Positions 10,704-19,846 of a stretch of 64,000 nt of DNA are shown here, piece after piece (position 1 is the first letter of the stretch; each line of letters begins with the position of its first letter). The position numbers and the translations under genes are program-made. The DNA is taken from positions 320,001 to 384,000 of the forward strand of contig CP169074.1 of NCBI GenBank assembly GCA_041891055.1, read 5' to 3'. Below the pieces are notes generated by a model. The model was given only the letters and a program-made list of their open reading frames with translations. It was not told the DNA's origin and ran no database searches. Source of the DNA: Halorutilales archaeon Cl-col2-1. Lineage in GTDB: Archaea > Halobacteriota > Halobacteria > Halobacteriales > Afararchaeaceae.

Positions 10704-11753
10704 ATGGAACCGAGAAAGATACAGCAGGTCGGCAAGAGCACACTCACTGTCTCTCTCCCGAGCGACTGGGCTGAGAGGTACGGCGTCGAGAAAGGCGACC
10801 ACGTCTATCTCTTCAGTGGAAACGACTCGTCGCTCACTATATATCCGTCGGTCTCGGGGTCAGTCTCGGTCACTAAGGTCACGGTCGACGCCGAGGGAAG
10901 ATCTCCGATAGTCGTCGAGAGGTCGATAGTCGGGAGTTACGTCTTAGGCAGGAAGGAGATAGTGATAGAGTCGGAGGAAGGTCTCACAGACGCACAGACC
11001 GACGCGATATACAGAGCCGAGAGACAGCTTATGGGCGCGGGCGTGATAGAGGAGCGTCCAAGTAAGGCGGTTCTGAGGTTCTCGGTCAATCCCTCAGAGT
11101 TCTCAGTCAACGACCTCTTGACACGTCTCAACTCGACCGCCGAGACGATGAGATCGGAGGCTGTCGACTCCCTGAGGGAGGCGGACACCGACGTTTCGAG
11201 AAGGGGCGCTGACCGCGAGAAACACGCCAACAAGGTCTTCGTTCTCATACTTCGCCTACTACTCACCGCACAGCAGAATCCGGTTCTCGTCGACAAGATC
11301 GGTCTCGACAGCCCCCTCCACATAGTCGGTGCGAGGGCGGCTGCAAAAAGCTTGGAGAGATGTGCCGACTACGCAGCTGAGATGTCGGAGAACGCCGAGG
11401 CGACGGTCGAAGACGGCGGCGTTGAAGACCTCGACTCCGACCTAATTGACAGCCTCGAAGATCTCGTCGACCTCACCGACTCGGCGTGCCGCCAGGCTCT
11501 CGACGGTCTTAGACAGGGCGACATCGACACAGCAACACAGACGCGCGACCTCTTCGACGACGTCAAAGAAAAACAGGAGGAGACCGTCTCGTCGGCATTT
11601 GAGGAGTTCGACGGTGACGACGTCAAGAGACTCATGAGGTTCAACGACACCGTATCTGCGGTGGTACAGTCGGCGAAGGAAGCCGTTGAGATAGCCGAGG
11701 TCGGCTCGAACAGGGCGTTGGAGTCGTCGGGTAACGGCATAAGACTCGACTGA
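10704..11753 (+). CDS. AbrB-domain / PhoU-family regulator
   Basis: N-terminal RKIQQVGKSTLTVSLPSDWA (AbrB-like) followed by helical PhoU-like repeats (LERCADYA). Confidence 0.8.
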   Translation: MEPRKIQQVGKSTLTVSLPSDWAERYGVEKGDHVYLFSGNDSSLTIYPSVSGSVSVTKVTVDAEGRSPIVVERSIVGSYVLGRKEIVIESEEGLTDAQTDAIYRAERQLMGAGVIEERPSKAVLRFSVNPSEFSVNDLLTRLNSTAETMRSEAVDSLREADTDVSRRGADREKHANKVFVLILRLLLTAQQNPVLVDKIGLDSPLHIVGARAAAKSLERCADYAAEMSENAEATVEDGGVEDLDSDLIDSLEDLVDLTDSACRQALDGLRQGDIDTATQTRDLFDDVKEKQEETVSSAFEEFDGDDVKRLMRFNDTVSAVVQSAKEAVEIAEVGSNRALESSGNGIRLD

Positions 11754-11801
11754 GACTCCGACACCACAACCTCTTTCTATAACGCGAGAATACGACGGGT
11801 A

Positions 11802-13118
11802 ATGAGTACTTCCCAAGACGAGAGTCTTCTAAGATACGTCTCCGATCTCGGACCCTCATGGCTCGCGGGCGCGATAGCCGCGGGTCCCGCGACGATGGCG
11901 AGTCTTCTGACGGCGGGAGCCTCGTTCGGCTACGACCTCCTCTGGATAGTCGTCCTCTCTGCGGCTCTCGGATCACTGTCGCAGTACCTCGCGATGCGTC
12001 TCGGACTTCTAACTGAGGAGGGCATAGTATCGACCGTCGAGAAAAATCTCGGCGAGGGCTGGGCGTGGCTACTCGTCGTAGACGCCGTCTTAGCCGCAGG
12101 TCTCGCACAGCTCGTGATAATGAAGACTGTTGCAGACGTGAGCGCGACGATTACGGGAGTCGACGCGAGAATCTGGGGTGTCGCGTGGGCGGTGATACTA
12201 GCGGTAGGTCTCGCGGGAGGCGGATACAGGATTGCCGAAATCGGTGCGAAGATTCTCGTCTCGGGAGTCGTACTCGCCTTCGTCGCCTCTGTCTTCGTCG
12301 TCCCGATAGACCCGGGGGCTGCCATATCGGGAGCCGTTCCGAGTCTTCCCGGAGGCTTAAGCGGTGCGGTGACCGCTGCGGGTGTCCTCGGAGGTGCGGT
12401 ACATATAACCCTCATAACGATGCAGTCGTACACTATGAGATCGCACGGCTGGCGACGCGGCGACTACGGCGTGGCGACCTTCGACATAATTACCTCGATG
12501 CTCGTCGCCTTCGGAGTATACAGCTTAGCTATATTCGTCGTCGCGGCGTCCGTCCTCCACTCACCCGACATCGACGCCGCCCAACTCACGGCGACCTCGG
12601 CGGCGCGTGCTCTCGAACCCATCGCAGGAGCCAACGCGAAATGGATATTCCTGATGGGACTCTGGGGTGCGGCGGTCTCGACCCTCGGCGGAAATACAGT
12701 CGTGCCGCCCTACCTCGTCGCCGACAAGCTCGGCTGGGAGAAGGACGTCTCCGACGTGCGTTACCGTATACTCCTAGTCTTCGTCGCGGGGATAAGCGCA
12801 CTCGGTGCCTTCCTAGGTGGAAGTTTCTTCCCTCTCCTGGTTCTCGTCCTCGCATTCGGACTCGTCGGAACCCCCTTCGCTCTCGCCATCGTACTCTATC
12901 TACTCAACTCCGACGCAGTCGAGGAGCCTAATCCGACGGTTCTCAACCTCGGTGGCTTAGTTCTGATAGGAATAACGTTTCTGACTGCGACTTCGTTCGT
13001 GAGGGAACAGATCGGAGGTGGCTTCGACAATCCACTCGGGATATTCGTTGGACTCTACACGGTAGTTCTGACAACTGCGGTACTTGTGCTCGGAGCCTTT
13101 GCAGTGGAGGGAGAATGA
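11802..13118 (+). CDS. NRAMP-like divalent metal cation transporter
   Basis: LGPSWLAGAIAAGPATMASLLTAGASFGYDLLW N-terminus; about 11 hydrophobic segments. Confidence 0.8.
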   Translation: MSTSQDESLLRYVSDLGPSWLAGAIAAGPATMASLLTAGASFGYDLLWIVVLSAALGSLSQYLAMRLGLLTEEGIVSTVEKNLGEGWAWLLVVDAVLAAGLAQLVIMKTVADVSATITGVDARIWGVAWAVILAVGLAGGGYRIAEIGAKILVSGVVLAFVASVFVVPIDPGAAISGAVPSLPGGLSGAVTAAGVLGGAVHITLITMQSYTMRSHGWRRGDYGVATFDIITSMLVAFGVYSLAIFVVAASVLHSPDIDAAQLTATSAARALEPIAGANAKWIFLMGLWGAAVSTLGGNTVVPPYLVADKLGWEKDVSDVRYRILLVFVAGISALGAFLGGSFFPLLVLVLAFGLVGTPFALAIVLYLLNSDAVEEPNPTVLNLGGLVLIGITFLTATSFVREQIGGGFDNPLGIFVGLYTVVLTTAVLVLGAFAVEGE

Positions 13119-13690
13119 GTCGAAGTCTCAGTGTCTCATTTTCGGGGTCTATCCTGGTCTCGGGCGGTCTCAACGTCGGAAAGACACGTCTTACGGCTGA
13201 GACCCTCGTGAGGTACGCCGATAAGTATCCCGAAGCCGAGACGGTACTTCTTGACTTCGCCCCCGAGTTAATGAAGGACGGAGACCTCGTCGGGGGACAC
13301 GTCTCACGTTTCGTCGATGTCCCCGAGACTGTCTCGGAGTACGTACTCGAAGCGAACGCTCCGCGTCTGGAGAGCGACACAGAAGACGGGGCGGTCGAAT
13401 TAGCACGTGAGAACCATGATAAGGGAGTCGGGTTAGTAGAGTCGGCACCCCACGATCCTGACGCTGTCTTCGTGAATGACGCCACGATACCCTTCCAGTA
13501 CCCCGACTCTGATTCCGGGACTCTCGTCGAGTACTGTGAAAGAGCCGACGACTGTCTTCTCAACGTCTACGACCCGCGCTCCGGCGGCGACACCGAGACA
13601 GTTCTGTCGGACTCGGGAGTATTAAACAGTCCGGAGGCGGCGACAGTTGAGAGTCTGAGAGGATGGGCGGATGTCGAGATCCATCTCTGA
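13115..13690 (+). CDS. Hypothetical protein with Walker A-like motif
   Basis: GGLNVGKT near the N-terminus; ATGA overlap with the NRAMP gene; acidic composition. Confidence 0.65.
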   Translation: MSRSLSVSFSGSILVSGGLNVGKTRLTAETLVRYADKYPEAETVLLDFAPELMKDGDLVGGHVSRFVDVPETVSEYVLEANAPRLESDTEDGAVELARENHDKGVGLVESAPHDPDAVFVNDATIPFQYPDSDSGTLVEYCERADDCLLNVYDPRSGGDTETVLSDSGVLNSPEAATVESLRGWADVEIHL

Positions 13691-13698
13691 TCCTTACT

Positions 13699-14610
13699 CT
13701 ACTCGACGAGACGTGACACGAGGTCTGCAGCCTCGACTGCGGTCTCACCGAAGACGTACGTGATCGGCTCTACGCCGAATCCGCCTTCGTGGTAGGCTAT
13801 ATCGGGTACTTCGTCGTTATCGTCGAATACCTCGAAGAGATCAGAGCTGAGGCTGTCGTAGGTCGCGTCGAACTCGACGACGTCTAAGCAGAGTTCGTCT
13901 GCGGCTTCCAAAAGTCGGTTCGATGTCGCTATGTTGACACAGCCCTTCACGTCGGCGTCGACACGTTTAGCCGCTAGGACGGCTCTCGCAACGTGCTGTG
14001 ACGCACCGAACTCGGGGTTCGCGGGTATGTTGATACGTCCTCTCATCGTGTAGATGCGCCCGGGGACTGCCGCGACATCAGTCTCGTCGTCTGCGTCGGG
14101 GAGCGCGGTCACGACATTGGTACCGACGTTCGGGACATGGTCAGATACTCCTCGTGTGTTGGCAAGCCTCCTCGCTCCCTTTCTGACAGAAGAGAGCGCG
14201 GTTCTCTCGGCGAGAAGCTCCTCGTCCGATCCTCTCACGCACAGGTCACAGCCGAGACCTTCGAGAGACGGCATCTCGTCCTCGTGTACCTCACATATGG
14301 GTCCCCTGTCCTCGAACTCACGCACGAGGCTCAGAAGCTCCGATAGTATCTCGTAACCGCCTATGCCGTCGTCGTCTATCCTACGTGCTATCCTTCCCAC
14401 AGTCTCCTCCATCCTCGGATCGTTCTCGAAACGCTCCTCCGTACCTCCCTCACCGCTCATGTACTTGCTCACAGCCGACTGAGTGACACCGAGATGACTC
14501 GCTATCTCCTGCTGTGTGAACCCCCTCTCGCTGAGCTCAGATGTCAGCATCGACCTCGCAGTCGGAAGGAACCTCTCGACAACTATCTCGCTCGGGAAAC
14601 GTAACGCCAT
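13699..14610 (-). CDS. HTH + ThiN-domain protein (ThiR-like thiamine regulator / thiamine-phosphate synthase family)
   Basis: N-terminal HTH (FTQQEIASHLGVTQSAVSKY); ThiN-like VPNVGTN, VAAVPGRI, PEFGASQHVA, HEGGFGVEP. Confidence 0.85.
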   Translation of the reverse strand: MALRFPSEIVVERFLPTARSMLTSELSERGFTQQEIASHLGVTQSAVSKYMSGEGGTEERFENDPRMEETVGRIARRIDDDGIGGYEILSELLSLVREFEDRGPICEVHEDEMPSLEGLGCDLCVRGSDEELLAERTALSSVRKGARRLANTRGVSDHVPNVGTNVVTALPDADDETDVAAVPGRIYTMRGRINIPANPEFGASQHVARAVLAAKRVDADVKGCVNIATSNRLLEAADELCLDVVEFDATYDSLSSDLFEVFDDNDEVPDIAYHEGGFGVEPITYVFGETAVEAADLVSRLVE

Positions 14611-14650
14611 AGACGTTCTTCGGGAGAATGAGTTATTAACCTAACTCAAC

Positions 14651-14965
14651 TCAGTCCATCTTCTCCTCTACCTCATCTATTCTCTTCTTGACGTTCTCGA
14701 CCATCTCTTCCATCTCTTCCCTCTGTTCCTCTATACTCTTCTCGAACTCGTTCTGTATCTCGTCGACCTCCGACCTCAGGTTACTGACCGCCTTCTTCCT
14801 CTTCCTGTCCTCTTTCTTCTCGGATATCTTCTTTTCGAGGCTGTCGACCTCCTGCTTCACACGCTGTGTCAGCTCGGACGCCTTCTTCTTCCCCTCTGAC
14901 TCCATTTTCTCCTCAAGATCGTTGACGACTGACTTGAGCTTATTTACTGACTCTCTCTGTGTCAT
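14651..14965 (-). CDS. Hypothetical charged coiled-coil protein
   Basis: 104 aa, K/E-rich heptad pattern; TATA-like AGTATAAA upstream on the minus strand. Confidence 0.65.
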   Translation of the reverse strand: MTQRESVNKLKSVVNDLEEKMESEGKKKASELTQRVKQEVDSLEKKISEKKEDRKRKKAVSNLRSEVDEIQNEFEKSIEEQREEMEEMVENVKKRIDEVEEKMD

Positions 14966-15017
14966 ACCAATTAGATAGAACCGCGAGTAACTTTATACTG
15001 TCGGCGGAAAACACTCT

Positions 15018-15468
15018 TTGACATCCTCACCCGCCTGAAGTCGGGTGAATCCCACATTGGGAATTTAAGGTTTCCAACCAACACAACCTTGTCAGGAGTT
15101 TCCCCCATTCACGGTTATATCGGCTGAAGGCTGTGCCAAACAGCCGTTACTCCTATCCTCTCGGACTCGGAGTTATCTCTGAACTTCGTTCAGAGGTTAA
15201 CGAAGCTTTGCTTCGTGATATCTTTCTACCTACCTTCTGTGGGGTTTTCACAACACACTTTTTAATGCATTTTCACAACCCTTCCGTATATTACCTCGTT
15301 ACTTTGGGCGGGTAAACCGCCTACGTAGGTTGATTGACCCATACAAAGATTCGTTGTGGTACTACTAAACTTTTACTGAAATTCCGGTATAGTCACCGAA
15401 ATAGTAAGTTGAGTACTTCGACGGATTCATCCCGCACCTAAAGGTGCGGGTATTCTCCTGTGCTATCT
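15018..15468 (-). mobile_element. Non-autonomous IS200/IS605-family (IS1341/tnpB-derived) element
   Basis: Subterminal hairpins at both ends (CCCGCACCTAAAGGTGCGGG ~15431-15450; CACCCGCCTGAAGTCGGGTG ~15028-15047). Minus-strand right end ...GAGGATGTCAA; left end follows TTAT. Retains tnpB 3' remnants (RKITPSP, DRSNGCLAQP); no full ORF. Confidence 0.8.
15174..15223. repeat. 45-nt twin-hairpin insertion with TATCT direct repeats
   Basis: TATCT (15174-15178, 15219-15223) flank CTCTGAAC-TTC-GTTCAGAG and ACGAAGC-TTT-GCTTCGT. Confidence 0.85.
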
Positions 15469-15485
15469 ATAACTGTATACAGTAC

Positions 15486-15915
15486 GTTGAGGAGAGTAAG
15501 CCCCCTTCTGTTCGTCACGGCATTCAGCTGAGCACCGACTATCGAGGCAGGGCTTACCACAGTCGGCTTGCACCCACGGGGATTCGCCGTTCCACCGTTC
15601 CCTCGCCGTCGTGTCTCGGGCGGTTAACTCGTCGACGTCTGTAAATCTCTGATTTTCAAGCATGCGAATCTTCGGATTCGCGAATGTTGAGTTGCTGTCG
15701 AGTTCGCGTCCCTCATCGATCGGGCGAGGACGTGTCGTTTCTGTTCCAGAGCCGCCGGTCTCCCGACCTCGGCTTGCTTCGTGGTTTTACTTACCACGAG
15801 CCCTCTGAGACTGAGAGTTTCTCAGCGGACGCCGAGCCGTGTGCCCTGCGGTGGGGGGACTTTCCTCGTGTGGTACGTCTTAAAAATGTACCCACGGGAG
15901 CCGTGCTTCCTCTAC
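15486..15915 (-). ncRNA. rnpB: RNase P RNA (archaeal type A-like) with two probable insertions
   Basis: Minus strand contains GAGGAAAGUCCCCCC, GGAACAGAAACG, GGAACGGCGAAUCCCC..GGUGCAAG and AACAGAAGGGGGCUUA; the 5' and 3' ends are complementary (P1). Ends approximate. Confidence 0.93.
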
Positions 15916-16029
15916 GTGTTACAAGGTAGACTCGCTACTCTTAAACGGTTTCGGGTTAGTATCCGAGACACGTGGAAACGTACCAAAAGATTATATTAAA
16001 TGCGGTGTATATTAAATACGTACTAACTC

Positions 16030-16659
16030 ATGGCGGCTCAGAACAGTTTTCTAAGTCACGAGAAGGGGAAGGCTGCCATCGACCTAGCGCGCGAGGCGAT
16101 GGAGTCGTACGTCTTGAACGGGCAGAGGGAACATCCCGGGAGCATGGAAGACGTCTTCTACGAGAGGACAGGTGTTCTCATAAAGCTCAGTTCGACGCGG
16201 GGACGGGGATCGGTGAGGGGTAGCGCGGGATCGTACCACAGGGACAAGCAGTTCTCGGAGGCGATAATCGACGCCGTTATAGAGGCATCCGAGCCGAGTT
16301 CGGGAACCTCAGAGATAGAGGAGTCGGAACTCGGAAGCATAGAGATTACACTGTGTGCGCTCGATTCGATAGACGAGGTCGACAATCCACGCGCCGAAGT
16401 CGAAGTGGGGCGACACGGTCTGATAGTCGAGACCTCTGACGAGTCGGGCTGGATGCTTCCGACGATGCCCGTCGAACACGGCTGGAGCTCCGCTGAGTTC
16501 CTCGATAGGGTATGCTGTAAAGCCGGCTCTTGTAACAACGGTCAGATGGGACGCGGGTCGTGGAAGGAGGACAGCGTCAACGTCTATATCTTCGAGGGAA
16601 GGGTTTTCAGGGAGAGAAACCCGGGAGGTGGGGTCGAAGAAGTCAGCCTACCTGAGTAG
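16030..16659 (+). CDS. AMMECR1-domain protein (TIGR00296-like)
   Basis: GKAAIDLAREAMESY, VEVGRHGLIV, SGWMLPTMPVEHGWSSAEFLDRVCCKAG. Confidence 0.85.
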   Translation: MAAQNSFLSHEKGKAAIDLAREAMESYVLNGQREHPGSMEDVFYERTGVLIKLSSTRGRGSVRGSAGSYHRDKQFSEAIIDAVIEASEPSSGTSEIEESELGSIEITLCALDSIDEVDNPRAEVEVGRHGLIVETSDESGWMLPTMPVEHGWSSAEFLDRVCCKAGSCNNGQMGRGSWKEDSVNVYIFEGRVFRERNPGGGVEEVSLPE

Positions 16660-17820
16660 GCTCGTGTCACCATCACTTTCTCTGACTCTCTCAACTCCTT
16701 CGTTTACTCTACGTCTCGCGTCCTCTATCGAGAAGTCGGCGACTATCTCGCCGTCGTCTATGACGGGTTCCATGAGTCTCTCGGCTTCGTCGGGAACCTC
16801 ACCGTCGCCGCCTGTATACACGACGGTGTCTTCCATCCTGTCGTAGTCACGGTGGATTTCCTTCGCGCCGCTCTTAGTTCCCCTCTTAGCCGCGAACTCG
16901 CAGTCGACCTCTACTATGTCTAGAGAGAAGTCCACGGGGTCGGCGTTGGCTACGTATCCCCCGACACCGAAGCCGTCTACGACGTCTCTGAGTTCGAGTA
17001 TCTCGTCGGCGTCGACACCGCCGCTCACGAAGATACCCACGTCTTCGTGTCCGCGCGCGTCTAACTCCCACCTGACCTCCTCAGCGATCTCTCTCATGTC
17101 GCCGCGTCTGCTCGACGTAGTGTCGAGACGGACGCTGTCTACGTTATCGAGGAGCTCGACGGCTCTCGTCGCCTCTTTCTTCTCGTCCTCGTATGTGTCA
17201 CACAGAAGAACCCGCGGCACCGACTCGTCGAGTGCTTCGTCGTACGCGAGCCAAGCCTCCTCTTGGTCGCCCATCGAGATAACGAATGCGTGGGGCATCG
17301 TACCTCCGGCTTCGACGCCTATCGCCTCTCCTCCTGCGATGTTCGAGATGCCGTCCATACCTCCTATCAAGGCGGATCTCTCTATCATCCCCGCGGTCGC
17401 GGGATGCTGTCTGCGTGTCCCGAAGCTCAGAACTGTCCTGTCTCCCGCGGCGGCTTTAGCTCTCATCGCCTTCGTGGCGACGCCGCTCGCCTTACAGATG
17501 AATCCGAGGAGAGCAGTCTCGTATCTCCCGAAATCGAGGTACTTGCCCTCTATACGCATCACGGGCGAGTTCCTGAAGAGGGTGCCCTCGGGGACTGAGT
17601 AGACGTCGACGGGCTTTCCTTCGAGAAGCTGGGCGACGTCCTTGAGACCCGCGAAGACGTGCCAGTCGTCGGTTTCCTCGCCAACTTCGGCGACGACTTC
17701 GGGGTTTCTGTCGGAGTATTCGAGTACCTCCTCTGTCGTCTCGAAGTAGGCGTCGGTCACCCGCCCGTCGTCTATGTCGTCGGGAGTGAGTATGTCGTAC
17801 TTCCTGTCGGTCTCGTCCAT
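16648..17820 (-). CDS. pncB: Nicotinate phosphoribosyltransferase
   Basis: TDAYF, ETALLG, SFGTRRQHP, GTMPHA, LCDTY, VRLDT, FVSGG, FGVG; start set at MDETDRKY. Confidence 0.9.
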   Translation of the reverse strand: MDETDRKYDILTPDDIDDGRVTDAYFETTEEVLEYSDRNPEVVAEVGEETDDWHVFAGLKDVAQLLEGKPVDVYSVPEGTLFRNSPVMRIEGKYLDFGRYETALLGFICKASGVATKAMRAKAAAGDRTVLSFGTRRQHPATAGMIERSALIGGMDGISNIAGGEAIGVEAGGTMPHAFVISMGDQEEAWLAYDEALDESVPRVLLCDTYEDEKKEATRAVELLDNVDSVRLDTTSSRRGDMREIAEEVRWELDARGHEDVGIFVSGGVDADEILELRDVVDGFGVGGYVANADPVDFSLDIVEVDCEFAAKRGTKSGAKEIHRDYDRMEDTVVYTGGDGEVPDEAERLMEPVIDDGEIVADFSIEDARRRVNEGVERVRESDGDTSLLR

Positions 17821-17868
17821 ACCGAAGTATTCTCGTCGTCTCACCTTATTTACTCGGTCTTTTGTCTC

Positions 17869-18444
17869 TTACTCGTACTCTATCTCGGTCGAGTCGACTA
17901 CCTCACCGAAGAGCCAGTCGGCGTGTTCGAGAGAGTACTCCTTGTCCGACTCGTCGATATAGCCGACTGCGTCCTCGACTAAGACGGGACGGTAGTCACG
18001 CAGACCCGCGCTGCTCGCTGTGTGTAGGACACAGACGTTAGAGAGTGTGCCACAGATCACGAGGTTGTCTATGCCGTGGCTGTCGAGGAAGCCCTCCAAC
18101 TCGGTCTCGTAGAAGGCGTCGTAGGTGTGTTTGACGACTACGTGATCCGACTCGTGTACGTCGATGTCGTCGACTATCTCGGAGTCCCAGGACCCCTCGA
18201 TGACGTGCTCGCCCCATCTCTCGAACTCGTCGTAGTAATGGTTTCCGTCGAACTGTCCCTCGGGATGTACGTCTCTCGTGTAGATTAGCTGGACGCCGTT
18301 GGCGCGCGCCTCCTCGACGACGTCTTGTACGCCGACTATCGCAGTCTCGCTCGGCTCGGCGTAGAGACTGCCGTCGGGATGACAGAAGGCATTCTGCATG
18401 TCGACGACCACGACGGCGGTCGAGTCGGGGTTTAGCTCTACCAT
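17869..18444 (-). CDS. Isochorismatase/nicotinamidase-family cysteine hydrolase
   Basis: VVVDMQNAFC, TRDVH, WGEH, KHTYDAF, CGTLSNVCVLHTA; directly upstream of pncB, so probably pncA. Confidence 0.85.
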   Translation of the reverse strand: MVELNPDSTAVVVVDMQNAFCHPDGSLYAEPSETAIVGVQDVVEEARANGVQLIYTRDVHPEGQFDGNHYYDEFERWGEHVIEGSWDSEIVDDIDVHESDHVVVKHTYDAFYETELEGFLDSHGIDNLVICGTLSNVCVLHTASSAGLRDYRPVLVEDAVGYIDESDKEYSLEHADWLFGEVVDSTEIEYE

Positions 18445-18504
18445 GTTGGGCTCTACACAGTCATAAAAAATCAGACTTTTGACCACGCGTTCCGTCTTTG
18501 GCGT

Positions 18505-19257
18505 ATGTTAAGCTTCGTTGGTCTAGGACTCTACGACGAGCGCGACATAACCCTCAAGGGGAGGGACGCGATTGCCGACGCCGACTCCGTCTACGCCGAG
18601 TTCTACACGAGCGTACTCTCGGGGACGTCACTCGAAGAGCTAGAGGAGTTCCACAGCGTCGAGATAAACAGGCTGTCAAGGGAGGAAGTCGAGTCAGACC
18701 CAGAGTTCTTAGACGAGGCGCGTGAGAATAACGTCGTCTTCCTCTCGGGAGGCGACGCGATGGTGAGTACGACACACGCCGACCTGCGTCTCCGTGCCCA
18801 CGAGAAGGGGATAGAGACACGTGTGATACACGCGCCGAGCATACAGACCGCCGTCTCGGGTGTCACCGGACTCCAGAACTACAGGTTCGGACGTTCGACG
18901 ACTCTTCCGTTCGAACACGACGGCTGGAGACCTGACTCGCCCTACGAGGCGATACTCGAGAACCTCGAAAGAGATCTCCATACACTCGTCTTCCTCGACA
19001 TAGAGGTCGAGGGCGAGGAAGGGAGATACATGACTGCCGACGAAGGCGCGAGGATACTCGGCGAGACCGGCGACTCCGGTGAGATAGACACTGTTGTCGG
19101 CATAGCGCGCGCGGGGAGCGAGTCGCCCGAGGTCTTCGCGGGAACCCCCGACGAGGTCTCGAACCACGACTTCGGACCTCCTCTCCATATACTCGTCGTG
19201 CCCGCGTCTCTACACCACATAGAGGAGGAGTCGCTCCGAGAGATAGCGAACCTGTGA
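18505..19257 (+). CDS. dph5: Diphthine synthase
   Basis: MLSFVGLGLYDERDITLKG, YAEFYTS, GDAMVSTTHADL, GLQNYRFG, LHTLVFLDI, DFGPPLH. Confidence 0.95.
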   Translation: MLSFVGLGLYDERDITLKGRDAIADADSVYAEFYTSVLSGTSLEELEEFHSVEINRLSREEVESDPEFLDEARENNVVFLSGGDAMVSTTHADLRLRAHEKGIETRVIHAPSIQTAVSGVTGLQNYRFGRSTTLPFEHDGWRPDSPYEAILENLERDLHTLVFLDIEVEGEEGRYMTADEGARILGETGDSGEIDTVVGIARAGSESPEVFAGTPDEVSNHDFGPPLHILVVPASLHHIEEESLREIANL

Positions 19258-19319
19258 TACTACTTCTCTGATACGTCCACGCCGACCTCCTAAGTCTAAG
19301 TCTACGGCTACGGATTAAG

Positions 19320-19790
19320 CTAAGCCTCGAACTCCGCGCCACAGTCGGGACATCTCATCCCCGGCTCTCCGTCGATAACTGTGAACTCCATGTAGTCGGC
19401 TTCACCACAGTCGCGGCAAGGTGCCGCAATACGGATATCAGTCGACTCCTGAGGAGTGCCGAGTGCGAGGGCTCGGACGGTCTCGTCCGACTCGTTCCGT
19501 CCCTGTAGATACTCGCCCGGGTCGAATCTAACCATCTGTCCCTGAGTCACAGTGACAGTCTCAGTTTCGGCGTCTAACTCGGGCTTTGTCTCGAAGGTAG
19601 CCTCGCCTTCGAGAACGAAGAAGGTCTCCTCCTGGTCGAGATGGCTGTGTACAGCATCGGCGAAGTTCTCTCCCGGCTCAAGCACGTAGTAGTTCATCGA
19701 GAAGTCCTGAGCACCCAGCGGCTCCGAGACGCTCTGTCTGTTCCGGGGGTCTTCCTCCGGAGTCATACTGTTAAGGTCGATCTTCTGCAT
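19320..19790 (-). CDS. Cupin-domain protein with C-terminal zinc ribbon
   Basis: HSHLDQEETFFVLEG cupin motif; CRDC and CPDCG at the C-terminus. Confidence 0.85.
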   Translation of the reverse strand: MQKIDLNSMTPEEDPRNRQSVSEPLGAQDFSMNYYVLEPGENFADAVHSHLDQEETFFVLEGEATFETKPELDAETETVTVTQGQMVRFDPGEYLQGRNESDETVRALALGTPQESTDIRIAAPCRDCGEADYMEFTVIDGEPGMRCPDCGAEFEA

Positions 19791-19846
19791 ACAGCCACAG
19801 ACGTGTCCTCAGTGACGAAAAAGATACTGGTGCTTTTAAATCAAAT

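Noticed and set aside
15444-15999. Short ORFs listed in the ORF track
   Set aside because: They overlap the RNase P RNA gene and the IS end and have no coding signature.
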